Source: Stylophora pistillata (taxonomy: Eukaryota). From it: a stretch of DNA of 64,000 nt. Position 1 is the stretch's first letter. Every line of letters begins with the position of its first letter. The position numbers and the translations under genes are program-made. This document shows positions 43,001-58,000 of the stretch, one piece after another. The stretch is taken from the NCBI RefSeq assembly GCF_002571385.2, contig NW_019217902.1, forward strand, positions 97,958 through 161,957, read 5' to 3'. The notes under the pieces were generated by a model. It saw only the letters and a program-made list of their open reading frames with translations, did no database searches and was not told where the DNA came from.

Positions 43001-46000
43001 AAAAAGAAACAGGAAACATCACATATATTGTGATTCTTACCAATACAACGGATAGACCTGAGGGTGTGGCTACAGAGATTATAAAAAACATTGACAAAGG
43101 TAAGAAGTGAGCAGGTTTGGGGATAATTTTTTTCTTATTAATTAGTTTCCGTGAAAGAAAGATTTCAATGGTTAAGTCAAAGTGTATAAAAGTTTTTCAA
43201 CTATTCATTTGATGTATCTTTACACGTCATATTGTGAAAGCACTTTTGTTAACCCTATTCAAAAGGCGGTGTTATACAGTAAACACCCGCATATAAGAAC
43301 ACATGGATTAAGAACATCAGGCTGAAATTTTGCAAATAAAGCACCATTTTTTTAAGAACAAAATCAGCCTGGAAATATAAAATGTTCTTATAAAGTGGAT
43401 AAGACATTAACATGCCCTTCATGTTAGATGTATTTTCTTGTTCTGTTCACTAGTTAACTAGTAATAAGGCTGATTTTCTTTTGCAGGCTAATCGTTACAA
43501 TAATGTCATGATATTTATTAATTTTCTTTGCCATTAAATATGCTAATTTAATCTCAAGCATTTTTTTTGCATTGTTACAGTTCTGAATTCCAACAACAAA
43601 ATTTAAAAACAATTTAAGAACACCTTAAGGCTGATTTTTCACTAAGCACCCGATAAATAAGAACCTGATCAGCTTGACCTCCAAAATCATGTGTTCTTAT
43701 ATGCGGGTGTTTACTGTATTCGTCTGCGTTTAGTTTATAGAACTGTTAACGATCATAACTGTCTTTGGTAACTACAAGACATTTTTTTCTACGATCCGAG
43801 CTACATATCATGATGGTGGGTACCTGAGACACAATTGAGATCTCACCCCCCTCCCCCCCAAAAAAAATTGCTGTGGGCCAATCCACATTTTAATACGCCG
43901 AATGGAAAGGAATGAAACGACCTTTCTTAAAAACTTCGCACCTGCGATACGCTGAGAATTTTTCAAATGAAACTTTCAACCTCTTACAGGATAAAGATAA
44001 GATTAGATACGATGAATATATGAAGTTCATATATTTTGAAGTGGGGTTATAGATACGTATGATGCACGATCCTCGCTATTGCATAAATAGCGCTCTCTAC
44101 TGCTAGGATCGTGCATCATACGTAAGATAAGATTCAACACAAATATTGTGTTGACTCTTTTTTTTTCTCTTTTTTTTGTTCTCGTCACCATTTTTATTGT
44201 TTCACATCTTTTACACACTGCTCACCAATTTGCGTTTTCCTATGGACCTGCTGACTAGTCTTTTCATTGCAAATTATTATTACTAGAATCCTTGTGGGAT
44301 GTTTTCATTCTTTTTTGTTTCAGATACTCGAGATATTCCCGCAATCGACCTTGCTTTTGCCTTGAGTGCTGCTGCTGTAGACGCCGATGATATCTTCGAC
44401 AAGATGAAGCATGCAGTAGATACTATAATAAAGCTATATGGCATTGAAGAGATTCGGTACGCACTTGTGATATTTGGAGACAAAGCTACCACTGTCACTG
44501 ATTTCGAAAATGACAGCGGGAAAGACGCACTTAGAACGATTGTGCAAAACGTCAGCCGGCCAACGGGTGAACCAGACTTGAAAAAAGCCTTGGAAGAAGT
44601 AGAAAAACTGTTCGAAAACTCTTCGCCCAGGCCTGGAAGCAGAAAAGTGTTGGTGGTTTTTATAGATAAGAAGTCAGCCAATAACCGTGATGACATCAAG
44701 GAGGCAGCTAAACCTCTGATGGAGAAGAATGTCACAATTATACCTGCGACTGTTGGGTCAAAGGTTAATGTCGATGAAATAGAAGTACTGGTTACCAACA
44801 AAGAGTACATCGCCGTCTGTCCAGTTCCTGATCCTGACACTTGGCCAACAATAATTATCGATAAAATTACACAAGGTGGGTCACGGAACAAAAGTTTAAT
44901 CATAGAACTAAACGTTTGTGTTACTTAGTTTCCTGTCTTTCATTGTGCATCACATATTCTTATTTAACCAAAATGACTTTTGTCAGTCCTGTGAGAACTT
45001 TTTGCCCAGTTGTTCGCCTCTTGAGCTGTCGTAAACTAGTTTGCTAGCGATTTGAAACCAGACCCTGATTATGAAAGAAAACAATTTTAACTTTTGTCCT
45101 GGACTATAGAAAGATGTTTGTTTGTCACAAGTTTAACTTGTGTTATCAAAAAGTTTCGTACTTTGGAAAATCGTTATTTTCAATCTATGATCCATATCAT
45201 AAAACTGTTTCGAGATTTCCAATGATACACTGAAATGTGTTACCTTGAGCCATAAATCATAAATTACATCGCAAACGTAGAGACTTTCTGATGAAGCATA
45301 ACCGGTACAACATTTTTAACTGCTTATTGGATAATTGTCTTTTTTGTAGAACTGCCAAAGATTCCTAAGCTCGACCTGGGATTTGCTATCAGCATTGGCT
45401 CCTCGTATGCAGATGCCAACTTGCAAAAGATCAAAGACACCATGAAATCAATAATAGATCGTTACGGAAAAAGTGATATTCGATACAGCTTCATTCTCTT
45501 TGGTGATGAGCCGTCTGAGAGAGTCAGCTTTGGGGAGAGCCAGCGTTTCCCTGTCGCTACTCTCAAGGATAGAGTTGACCGCTTCGCGCGAATCTCTGGT
45601 GCAGCCTTAGACAAAACCCTCGAGGAGGCCAAAGAGATCTTTCAGCGTACGGCGAGACCTGATGCTAAGAAAGTGTTGGTTGTTATCATGGACCAAACAC
45701 AGTCAAGTGGAAAGGAAAGCACAAGAAGGAAGGCAAAAGAGCTACAGGTGTCTGGAGTAAAGGTTGTCCCAGTGGTGCTCGGTGAAGAAGGAAGCAAAGC
45801 GGAAATGGAAGAAATCACCCAACACAAAAATAACCTGGTGGAGATGGAAAAAGATGAGAATGAAGAGAAAGCCGCTGAGAAGATAATGTTCAAAGTACTG
45901 GAAGGTAACTTAAAATGTTCCAAGTTTGCCATTCGCCATCATTTTGACTTGCGTATTTGATTCAACCACATGTCAACTCTGACATTCTGACACTAAGTCC

Positions 46001-49000
46001 CTTTTCCTTCCCTACAAAGAAATTCTTTATCAGCCACACGTGCTATAAGGTAGGCTGATTGAAGGATACAACAATGGCTCGTTTGATTATTAATGTGATC
46101 ACCTTTAATCCATTTTGTGCTTGTTCTTTGTTTGTTCCAGATGTCACCCATGAGGAAGAGATGGTAGACATTGCATTTGCCCTTAGTGCAACAGCATTAA
46201 GCTCGGGCAATAACTTCAGGAAGATGAAATCTCTCGTAGATGAGATCATAAACAGCTAAAGTCCTTTTGCAACTCGTTACAGTGTCATAAAATTTGGGAA
46301 GAACCCAGTGGTTGAACTCGATTTTGGAGACGTGAGTGATCTTGTGGACTTGAGAGAAACCTTGCAGCAAATCACGAGGAATCAGCAGGGAGCTGACCTG
46401 GCCAGGGCTCTTCGAAAAGCTCGGCAGTTGTTCCAGACAGCGGCCACGAGTCGTCCTAATGCTAAAAAGGTCTTGGTGGTGGCCATGGACAAGGTATCAG
46501 ATAGTGATGAGATCGCAGTGAAAGTAGCCGCTAGATCTTTGGCTCGAGAAGGTGTCCGAGTTATCGCTGTCACGTTTGGAAAAGAGGCAGATCCACAAGA
46601 GATTGAAAAGACAACTCTGAACAAGAACAATGTGATCCAAACTGACGATGATGATAGTTCCGAGGATATTGCCGCAGAAGTTGTAGAAAGGGCAAACAAT
46701 GGTAAGAAAAAGGATTGCGTGAACATTTGGTGTTTAGGTAAAAACGAAATGTTTGATTTCAATCAATTCTGCTAGATCCATCAGTTAGTGGAGCACAGGA
46801 ACGCCAACCAACTTTAGAACGGTAACTTTCGCTGTATCTTCACCAACGATTGATTATGAAATAGGATTGTGTCTTGAATTTATTGGATAGATCTATTGCA
46901 CCGATTTGAAATGAAATCAACAGAGGGTAGAGGGGGTTCTAAATAGACCATTGTAAAGGAAAATTTAACCCCCCCCCCATAACGTAACTATACCTCCATT
47001 ACATGGTGCCAAAATCTTTTTGTTTTCTTTATTTTTAACAGATTCTATGCCAATACCAATGGTAGACTTAGGATTTGCCATCAGTGCCACAGACACCGGA
47101 GCCGACCAGACATACGAAAATATGAAAAATGTGGTCAAGCATATTGTTAACTCATATGGGTTAGTTAGCATAAGATATGGAGTCATCCTGTTTGGCGACT
47201 CAGTGACAACATATATTCCTTTCTCGCGAACTTTTCCTGACGAGATGACATTGTTAGCATCCCTGGATTTGCCACAGAGACTCCGTGGAGAGCCTGACTT
47301 GCGGGAGGCCTTAGAGGAAGCAAAGACAATGTTTGACCAAGCGACCCCCCGACCTGGTGCTAGAAAAGTCCTCGCTGTCATCATCGATAACGAGTCTTCC
47401 AATAATAGCAGTGAAATTAAGGAAGCGGCAAAGGTCTTGAAAGATGACGACATTCAAGTCATACCTGTAGGTGTTGGGCCCAATGTCGATGACGAGGAAC
47501 TTGAGATTATAACAGGAAACAAGAAAAACGTCATTAACACAGACAAGGATGCTGATTCGTCAAGCGTGGGTGAAGGAGTCATCATGATGATCCACGAGGG
47601 TGAGAATTCTGCTTAAGTATTGGTTTTACTTGGTCTTACCACAGAGTGTCTTCCATATCCTCTAACCACTCCTTCCGCGATTTTTCCTCTTTTCCCATTC
47701 CTTTGTATCGCCCTCCCAGCCTTTTGGTTCTTTCTTTTTCTCATTATCCTTCTCCTTTTCCAATACCATCTTCTCTTTTTTTGTCCTGCTTCTTCTCTTA
47801 TTTCTCCTTCTTATTTCTTTTCATCCTTGTCTTACTTCCTGTTACTTATACCTTACTTGTCTCCTCTTTGCATTTTTCTTCTCAGGTTCCTCTTTTTCGC
47901 TGCTTCTGTCCGTCGTTGTCCTGCTTCTCCTGTTCGTCTTACATCCTATTCATCTCCTTTCATTATACCCCTTTTTCCTTCTGTTCCTTTTCTTCCTTAA
48001 TTTTCTTTATACGCACCTTCTGTTCTCTTCACCTGCTCCTTTTGCCCTAACTCGACAACGAATGTCTGCTTTATTCCAAGTAGATCTACCCACCATTCCG
48101 GAAACAGACCTCCTATTTGCTCTTAGTGCTAACGCGGTAAAAGACAGAGACAACTTCCAGCAGATGAAAGATATCATCAAGGCCATGATTGATCAGTATG
48201 GGACATCCAGTCTTCGGTATGCTGTTTTAACATTCGGAAACAGACCGATTATAAGAATTTCCTACAATGCAGCTTCCTTGGACGATAAAGCCTTGATGAA
48301 TTTAGTTGATGCGGCTCAAAAACCTTCAGGAGCTTTATTAGATAATGCTCTTGCAGAAGCCAAGAAATTCTTCGAAACGCAAGGCCGCCCTCATGCGAAG
48401 AAGGTGCTTGTGGTGATTTCTGATTTAAAGTCTAGCAGTTCTCTTAGAGACGTTCAGGCACAGGCCAAGTTCTTGGAAGAAGACGACATCAAAGTTATTC
48501 CAGTCGCCCTTGGAAAACAGGCCGACATGAAAGAACTCTCTGCAACCACACCCAACAAAGAGAACCTTGTAGATATCGACGAAGGCGATGATCCTGCTGA
48601 AACTGCCGAGGTTATTTTGCTGAAGATTGTGACAGGTACTCGCACTCTGTGTTTTTGGTAATTACCATCCTTAACACCTTGGGGTTGTAGTCGTAACAAA
48701 CAAATTCTTCGTAAATCGCTACATCACCACTTACCCGTTGCGTCTACACGATATTGGAAATAGGACCGAGTGGCGTCTTATTCTGTTTGTAATTATGCAA
48801 GTGATCAAAGAAATCGCATGATTGCGACACCGATTTTTCAATCACGGATATGACTACAGACACTGGACGACAGACAAATTTGAGAAACGAAATGTTCTAA
48901 CTTATTCAGAAATAAAAGTTAACTGTTGAATTTTATTCACAAGGAAATAAACCAAATAGTCCGTCTATCAGCGCGCACGCATGACGTGAGGGAAAGCGTT

Positions 49001-52000
49001 AACTGCTCTCTTAAGTGTTCCTATAATTTCTCAAAACGCCCTTCCGATAACCAATCACCTTCGAGAATTTTGTTACAGCCTTGAGTATCAAAGGGAATTA
49101 TAAAGCAACCATTTGATTTTCTAGATAGACAAACGTACGCTCTTCAAGTATCACCTTGACAATTCGATCTGTTTTAAAGAATGCAAGTATGGTTCCTGTT
49201 GGAAACTCACTTCTAAAACTTACTGAACTATTATGGTGTTTTATATCCTTTAATTTCCTTTAGATGTTCCCAAGATACCGGAGATGAACTTAGTATTTGC
49301 CGTCAGCGCCAGAGCTGTGGATGACGTGACAAACTTTGAGAGGATGAAGGACATAATCCGGTCAATCGTGCAAAAGTTTGGCTCAAGTCGAATCCACTAC
49401 AGTGTCATCACATATGGCGACCCACCAACCACTGTCCTGCCATTCGATCGTATGCTTCCTTCTGACGAGGATTTAAAACAGTTCATCAGTATGTGCTGCT
49501 AACAAGTTTGATACCCGTACTTTGTAAACGTAACATTTTATTACACGGCTTTTAATTTGCAAAAAAAATTTAACTGATATTACTTCAGGTCCAGTTAGAC
49601 TTTGAAAGCGCCTTGTGTTGTCAACTGTTCCCGGGGTCTTGTTTAGGAGCTTTTTATATTTGTATGAGAGATCGTCTTTCATTGAGTGGCAAATTTAACA
49701 CGAAATTTGGCTCTGTGTCAAAAGTTGCGCCATCTGCACGACCAATCCTAGTTCACTAACATCCCTTTTCGTCTTGTTGTACTGGGAAAAGTAACACTTG
49801 TAGTTATTGGTCGTTCATATAATAAATTGGTTAAGATACTGTATCTTGTGGTTGAAGTCTTGAGTTCTGGATCTCGAGGTAGCAGTTCTAATGTCATGGG
49901 TGAAATTCATTTCATTTTGATCATCGCAGAATCCATTTCCAAGAACAATCGTGGTGCAGCGTTGGTTGATGTGCTGCGGGAGGCCACCAAGCAGTTTGAC
50001 GCTGCAGGTAAAGTCCGCCCTCATGCGAGGAAGGTTCTAGTTGTCATAGCAGACAAGGACTCCGAAAGCAGGGGAGAGGATCTCAAGAAGGAAGTTTTCA
50101 AGCTGCAGCCCGTGGGCATTAAGGTTATTGCTGTTGCTCTCGGGGAAGAGTCTGATAAGGATGAACTTGACATTTTGACGCCTGAAGAGGGTGGAGTCAT
50201 CGAGGCTAACAACACTGACGGCGCCAAGAAAACCGCCCATGCCATCATGGAGAAGGCTCTGAAAGGTAAGTTGCAGTCGAGGTGGGAAAAAGAAAAGTTA
50301 ATATCATTGTCAATGTATTAAGGAGCTTATTTGACGTGGCACACTTCATATTCACATACAGACATATATAGGTTAATTGACCCATAGGGGCTTTTCAGGG
50401 CCAACACCCACCCATCCCACCCAGGGGAGGACATCCACCACACAATAATCTCGTGTGTGGGAAATTAACGTCTCCTACCCCTAACCCTGCAGGAGACGGG
50501 GCCTACGGTTTATTCGTCCTTATCCGAGAAGACTAGAATATCTATCCATTTCTTGATTATAGAAAGGTAGAAAATTCTCCTCACTTATTTTAAGACCATG
50601 AGTATTGGTCTGGCCAGGGCCGGACCAATACTCAAACTGAAACCACGTATTAAAGATTCCCAATATGTGGCTCGTAGCCTAAATGGTAATAATGCCCAAA
50701 ATGGGCACAGGTTAGAATCTCGTCAAAGCCCGAATATTTCAAGCTCCTTTTCTGCAGTTTACTAGTTAAACCTCCTTATTTCACATAAGCGTTCGTTTCT
50801 GTTCACCTGAAAACACTGTCCTCTTCAGAAGCATTTGAATGATTTAATATGTAGTATTTGTGTGTTAGTTTCTTTTTCTTTTTTTTCACTAAGTAGATGC
50901 GTTACCTTTTTGTCATTATAGATTATCCAGAAACACCCAACCTTGATGTCGTCTTTGCTATCAATACGGCGGGTACTGATAGAGTGAAGACTTTTGAGGT
51001 GATGAGAAATGCCCTGAAGAATATTATACAAATGTACGACCCAGATCGCGTACGGTATGGTGTAGTTATATATGGTGACTCCGCAAAGCTCGTTCTCGGA
51101 CTCTCTGAGGATCGTCAAGATGTTGAAAAACTTACCAGGAATATTGACAAGTTGTCGCAACCTTCTGGATTACCAAATCTCGAGAAACTGTTGCAAGAAG
51201 CAAAGAAGGTGTTTGAGCAGGATTCTAGCCGACCTAAAGCGACTAAAGTGCTGGTTGTAGTTACTGATGCTAAATCGTCATCAACGTCCGATGACATAAA
51301 GCAGGCTGCTAAACCGCTGGAGGAAGACGGAGTAACAATGGTTGCAGTAGCTGTAGGTGACGAAGCACACAACAAACAGTTGGAGAAAATGATACCTGAC
51401 AAGCAGACACCTTTGAGTGTTGAGAAAGATGAAGAACCGGATAAAATAGGAGAAAAAATCATGGAGAAGGTGTTGGAAGGTGGGTGTCACTTACTTATCT
51501 AAACCATGAATAACAGAAATTATTCCGTCAATTATGTTTTTGATGAGGTTTAAAGAAATATTCAGATCAAAGCAAAATTTTGATTCAATTTTTGAATAAA
51601 CTTTTATATGATATGGATCAAACCACGAAATAATTTTTTAGGATAGGAAAATATTTATGAGACGTAAATACACCTAAAAAATTAAAGAATTGGTTCGGGA
51701 TGGAGAGGAGTGGCCGACGATAGCTACCTGAACCAATTTCAACTTCATTTTCCAAGAGGAACACATCATGGTATAGCTATTTCATAACTTTCTGTTTTTG
51801 TTTCTTTTCAGCCATCCCTCAGGTACGTGATCTAGATTTGTTGTTTGCCATAAGTGCCCGTGATGCCTTGGATTCACTGGAACACTTCGGGAAAATGAAG
51901 GACATCATCGACTGGGTCATCACCAAATATGGCATCGGTAAAATCCAATACAGCTTCGTCGTGTTCGGAACTTCACCGGCTGTAAGAGTGACCTTTACGC

Positions 52001-55000
52001 GACCTGTGAACGACGAACAACTGAGAGGAATCCTACAACGAACTGAACGAAATCCAGGTGGTGCAAGCGTCATAAATACACTTAATCGAGCTCAAAGGAT
52101 CTTCGATGCTTCTCCTCGACCAAATGCTAAGAGAGTGTTGGTTCTTGTGATGGACAAACGGTCTGACAATCGTCTCGATGACGTCAAATTGTCCGCTGAG
52201 TCTCTTTGGAGGGCTGGTGTCAAAGTGATCCCAGTAGCCTTTGGGCGAGAGGCTGCGCCGGATGAAATCGAGGCTACAACGTCTGAGGAAGACAATTTGA
52301 TTGACGTGAGAGACACCAGCGATACTGATCAAGTCGCGAAGGAGATCATGGAAAAGGTTTTGGAAGGTCAGTGATGTTTATGAGACTCAAACGGACTTAT
52401 TGTATTGCTTTGTGTTAGTCTCTTTCTCGTCATGCAGGGATGGATTTATTCACTTGCAATCGTTAGCATGGCTTTTTATTCTTGACCTTTTCTATTCTGC
52501 AGATTTCAATGTTCCGAAAATGGACATAGCGTTTGCCATCAGCGCCACAGCCCTCCAGTCAGATGCCAACTTCATGAAAATGAAAGACACAGTGAGGGAA
52601 TTTGTGGATAGATTTGGTGTCCATGGTAGGGTGCATTACGCTGTGATGACATTCGGAGATCCCCCTACAAAGGATTTGCAATTTAGCCACAAAATGACAA
52701 GTTCAAGCACTCTTAAGGAGTTGATTGATGGAATCGGTAAGCCATCCAGGGAAGCTGCATTAGATGAAGCTCTTAGTGTGGCTAAGTTGTTGTTCAGCCC
52801 AGGTGAAGGTGGAAGGGAGGATGCAGAGAAGATTCTGATAGTCATGAACGACAGGGAGTCAGACAGCAGCAATAAAGCGGTCGTGAAGTCTTCCAGACAG
52901 CTGAAGACTGCAGGAATCCGTGTCATTGCAGTTCCACTTGGTGACGAGGACAACTTAAATGAAGTGGAGGTGATTGTGTCCATCAGTGAAGATATTATCA
53001 AGCCGAGGACAACAGACAAACCCAGGCACATCTCAAATAAGATTGTCCGAAACATTCTAAACGGTTAGTTGCACCTATATTTATAGTCCTTGTAGACCCC
53101 ACATTTACTTTTCTGCCCAAACAGTAATAAAGGCGCTTGTCGCCAAATTTATGGCCTATCTTCTCAGCGAGTTCTCCGTGAGTTAGTTGACAGAACATTC
53201 GGCCCCGGGATTTGGACGTTTTGAGGAACTCAGGATTTTCCTGTGCTCGGGAAAAATATTCGCCATCTCTGTTTATTAGTATTTATTGTACATATTTGAT
53301 GACAGTATGCTTTCCTGAAGTCACCGTCTCTCTTTCTTGTGTTATTGGATCTTTTAGATGAACTTCGAACTCCCAAAATCGATTTAGGATTTGTTATTAG
53401 TGCCTATGCTGCATCAGCCACGGACACTTTCCAGCGTATGAAGGAGACTATTAACGCCATTGTTGACGAGTATGGGGTCACTGGTAGAATCCGCTACGGG
53501 CTTGTAACGTTTGGCCGAGACGCCACTCGCAAACTGAGCTTTAGCCGAGAGCTTTCTGACATCAACTCTTTAAAAGATATGATAGAGAATACCCCTCGTC
53601 CTTTTGGAGATCCTAACTTACAAAAGGCTTTAGAGGAGGCGAGGAAATTGTTCGAGACTGAACCAAAACGTCCTGATGCCCTGAAAGTTATTGTTGTCAT
53701 AACTGATAAGAAATCCACGAGTCGTCCCGAAGATGTGAAACAGGCGTTCATTCCGCTAGCGGAGGAAGGTGTTAAAATTATCCCCGTAGCGGTTGGTGCA
53801 TCAGCAGACCCCAAAGAACTGGAAAGTGTTACATCCAATCGCGGTTACGTCATCAAGACAGAGAGGGAATTAGATCCAGACGTAACTGCGGAACAGATAA
53901 TGGAGATGGTTTTGAAAGGTATTTCAAATTTTAATAAAGGGTTTGAATCTAGGAGTCATGCTCGAAGGGGGACGTTATGCAGCGGCTGTGAGTAATTCTA
54001 GCTAAGAAGGTTGTTGTCGACAGTGACTGACGTTTAGACATCAGGCCCCAGTTGAGGTGATTCTCATCTCGGCGTGTCATTTGCACTTCCTCTCCTACTC
54101 TGCTATTTAAATTTGTCCCCTGCTTGAACAGCCAGATCTCTGTCCATATAAATATTGCTGTTCTCATTACCTGCAAAATCGTTGAACTCCACGATGCAGA
54201 AGCGATGACGAAGTAAGAAAAAGTCGTTAAGTATTTCACTTTCCTGTCTAAATGAGTGGAATGTTTGGTGTGATTAATATTTTGTTCAAGAGACCGTTAA
54301 GGAAATTGAATAGAGCATATTTCATGGCCACGAGGAGATTCCGAATGTCTCTTCGAGTCAAGGGAAATTTCGTATCCTCAAGCGGCCATGTAATATTCTA
54401 TTTATTACATAAACATCAGTGAAAAACCAAACCATTTCACCTTTGCTGCGAACGGCGCGATTTATAATATAACCGTAGTAACAGTGTTATTTGCACGTGT
54501 GAAGATAGCAAATTTTCGCGCGAGAGCTCAAGTGGTATTTTATTGGTGTTTATATGATAAATGGAATGCATCCCTAATGTATGTTTTTACCTTATTAACT
54601 GAAGATTTGCCAGCTGTGCCTCAAGTGGACCTTGTACTCGCCATCAGCACCATCTCATCAAATGCTAATTCCAATCTCGCTAAAATCAAAGGAGTGGTCC
54701 AGGAGCTGATTGATGCGTACGGTGTTCAGAGGGTCTACTACAGCGTCATACTGTTTGGTCGAGTTCCTAGCATAAGAATACGGTTTACACAACAGTTGGA
54801 TGAAGCTGCCTTGAAGTCAGCCATACAGGGCCTGCAAAGACCTAGTGGACGCTCATCGCTTTCCGCTGCGCTAGAGACGGCCAGAGGCGTGTTTCGGGAC
54901 GGCCGTCCAGACTCCAAGAAGGTTCTATTGCTAGTAATGGATGCAAAATCGGGGAGCAGTATGGGCGACGTGAAAGAGACAGCCAGTAAATTGGAAGAGA

Positions 55001-58000
55001 ATGGTATCAAGGTCATTCCACTGATGTTCGGAGGTCAGGCAGATCCAGATGAAACCTCAGCCACCACCACGAACAAGCAGAATGTTGTAAAAGCAAATGA
55101 AACCAGTGATACAAAAGCTATTGCCGAGGAGATAACGCAGAAAGTTACAGACAGTGAGTAAAAGAATAACAATTGTTTTTATTGGTACGACAAAATTGCG
55201 AAAGCTGGGAAGGGACATCAGGCCAGATCCAGTCAGTCTGAAGTCTGAAATCCCTTTTGGGCTTTCGTAAAGTGCATAAAAAAGCGCTTGTATACATTTG
55301 TCGACAATTCTTGACCTTTTCAGGAACTGTCAAAGGACATTTTTACCGGAATTGGCAGTGATGTTTCGATCTGACTGGCCAATTTGCCGTCGTCGATAAG
55401 AGTTCAGGCAACGCGACAAAATTTAATGTGGACTCACTCGGCTACGACTCAACATTTTGACCACCGTGAGGACAAAGGTCTTGACGTTGTCAAGAGTACA
55501 GAACACGCTTAACCACTGTTAATTTTTTAAATGTCGAGACTTTGACTTAAAGCAAAAACTATTCAAGTTTAAATATACGTCAAGTTTACACTAGAGTAAG
55601 GTCAGGTTGACTCTTACAGCTGAGCTTTGTATTTAGTTCAATACAAATAATGGCAGTACCATGTATTTTGATTTGTTTTTCACGAGGACTTAACTCTTCA
55701 TATCTGAAAGTACCTAATGTTTCCGCTGCTTTTCTCTAGGTGAGCCAGATATTCCACTTGTTGATATGGGATTTGCTATCAGTGCAACAGCAACTAATTC
55801 CAGAGAACATTTCCAGAAATTGCAAGAAGTCATCAAAACCTTCGTTGAGAAGTACGGTTCTCAGAGGATCGCTTACAGTGTTCTGACATTTGGATCGACC
55901 CCAACCATTCGTGTCAGCTTTAATGATGCAGCAAGGGGAGACAAGGTCTTGATGAGCACCATAGACAACATACCACAAAACGTAGCAAGGGCGTCTCTTG
56001 ATAAAGCCCTGCACGGAGCGAAAGAGCTTTTCAAGGATTCCAATGGTGCCCGAAAGAATGCTATGAAAGTCTTAGTGGTCATCACAGACGAGAAGTCAGA
56101 TAGTCTGGAACAGGAAGTGAAGAAAGCAGCACAAAGACTCGACGAAAACGGCATCCGCGTTATTGGCATTGCACTTGGAGATGGAAGCGATGGAGAGCTG
56201 GAGAGGATTACTGATGTTGAGGGTGACGTGCTCAACACAACCGATTCGACCTCACCCGAGAAAATTGTGGAGAAACTAGTAGAGCGAGTCTTAAACAGTA
56301 AGTTCCTTAGTAATTGTTTTTGTTTTGTTTGTTGCACTGGTGAAGTGTAAAAAACCGAAATTTATGGAAACTGCAAATATCCAAAGTAGAGGCGCAATTC
56401 GTTCCTGCACACTTGCACACTAATGCCCAGGTTGTACGTAGCCCATGGGAATTTTCCTTTTCCTCTTTTTTGTTTGTTTAATAATAATAATGATAATAAT
56501 AATAATAATAACAACTTTATTTAAGGAGGGTAACAGATAACAGTAATTCAACTGATGAACTAGTGGCCCTCGATAGACAACTGAAACAATAATTCAGATT
56601 GAACATAACATTATTAAGAATCCTGACTGGCCGGAGGCAAACCAGTTGGCTATTTTAGAAGCAGGGCCGAGGATTTGAACACGGAGCTACCGTGGAACAA
56701 ATCCGAAAGTGGTCAGAGCGGGACTCGAACCCGGGAGCGCCGGATTGCGAGTCCGACACGCTGACCACTCGGCCGCGTTGCCTCCATCATTGTTTATGAA
56801 ATTGGAATTGGAAACAAAACTGGTCTCCCACTGTGAGTCACTTTGGCCTTTTAACGTTTTTCCCCTATTGTATTTTTTGTGGAATAAATCATGTAAGAAG
56901 ACAATTAAAAATAACGAAATACCAAGCTTTTCGATCACGTGCAAGCCTAGTACGTGCGAGATTAGAAGCGTTTGTCGCCCCCTCACCCCCAGACCTTGTG
57001 CAGCCATTTTTTTTTATGCTTGTAGAATAACTAACTAAAGATAGCAATCCATGCGTCATAAATTTAACTAGAGGAAACTGTTGTTTTTGGAAAGAATACC
57101 TGGGGTACATGAAGTTGGTAATGGTACACAAAAGTAAGATGGCAAATACAGTACACACGATACCACCATGTTTTTATCCAATCGTAACTTAACAGTCAAA
57201 TTGTTTGTTTATCGCAGAAACTGCTACGCTTGATGAAATAGACTTGGCATTTGCTATCAGTTCTGCTGCAGCGGGTTCAGACTCAACTTTCCAGCAAATG
57301 AAAGATACTGTACAAGAGATAATGCAGACTTACCAAACCGACAAACTGCGGTATGCTGTGACAGTGTTCGGAGATCGGGTCATTTCTCCTATCAACTTTG
57401 CACTGACTCTTCCAGATGACAAAACGGTACAGTGATTTACGCCATCATTTCAGTACATAATTGTATTGCAAGAATAATAGCTACTCACTGACTAAGTGGG
57501 ATGGGAGGACGGAAAAAAAGTTTTAGCCACAATCAGATCGAGTGCAGCGAGATTCGTGCGTCATTATGGAGAGGCAAATGATTCCTCGTCCAACCTGACC
57601 TAACTCAGTCGACTTTTTTTTTGTTATATGACTTCGCGGTGTCTTTTTCTTTCCTTCATTTTTTGCCTCGCTGCTCACGACGTCGTAAAGCTAATGCCAT
57701 CCTCTATTAACACATTTATTTTTACAACGATAACAGTATTTTCGGAGTCGTTCGGAGGTGAATAGCAGAGGATATTCGGAGTTTGAGTGACCTATCAGAG
57801 CGCTCCTTCAGTGCTATCCACTCTTTTAGTTTATACTTGTAAGACTTACTGCACGTCTCAACGTTTGGACTGCTGGTCTTCATGAGAATACATTGTCGAC
57901 TAGTTAGACATCACCGTATGAAGGTTGATGCTGTTCTGTAATTGGGTGGTTTTCAGTAGCTTTGATTGGAGTATTTGTCCAAATTAACCAGTCACAAAGA

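Noticed and set aside
36397-46259. Stop-codon recoding (selenocysteine or alternative code) for the two internal stops
   Set aside because: The stops are TAG and TAA, not TGA, and replace different residues (Lys, Tyr); each is explained by a single substitution.
47620-48050. Hydrophobic ORFs resembling membrane proteins
   Set aside because: CT-rich low-complexity intron gives Phe/Leu/Ser-rich translations. Read-through from exon 43 meets a stop at 47616, so it is not a TM anchor.
56708-56785. tRNA gene on the minus strand
   Set aside because: Continues into a SINE body and simple-repeat tail, with a degenerate relative elsewhere in the window.
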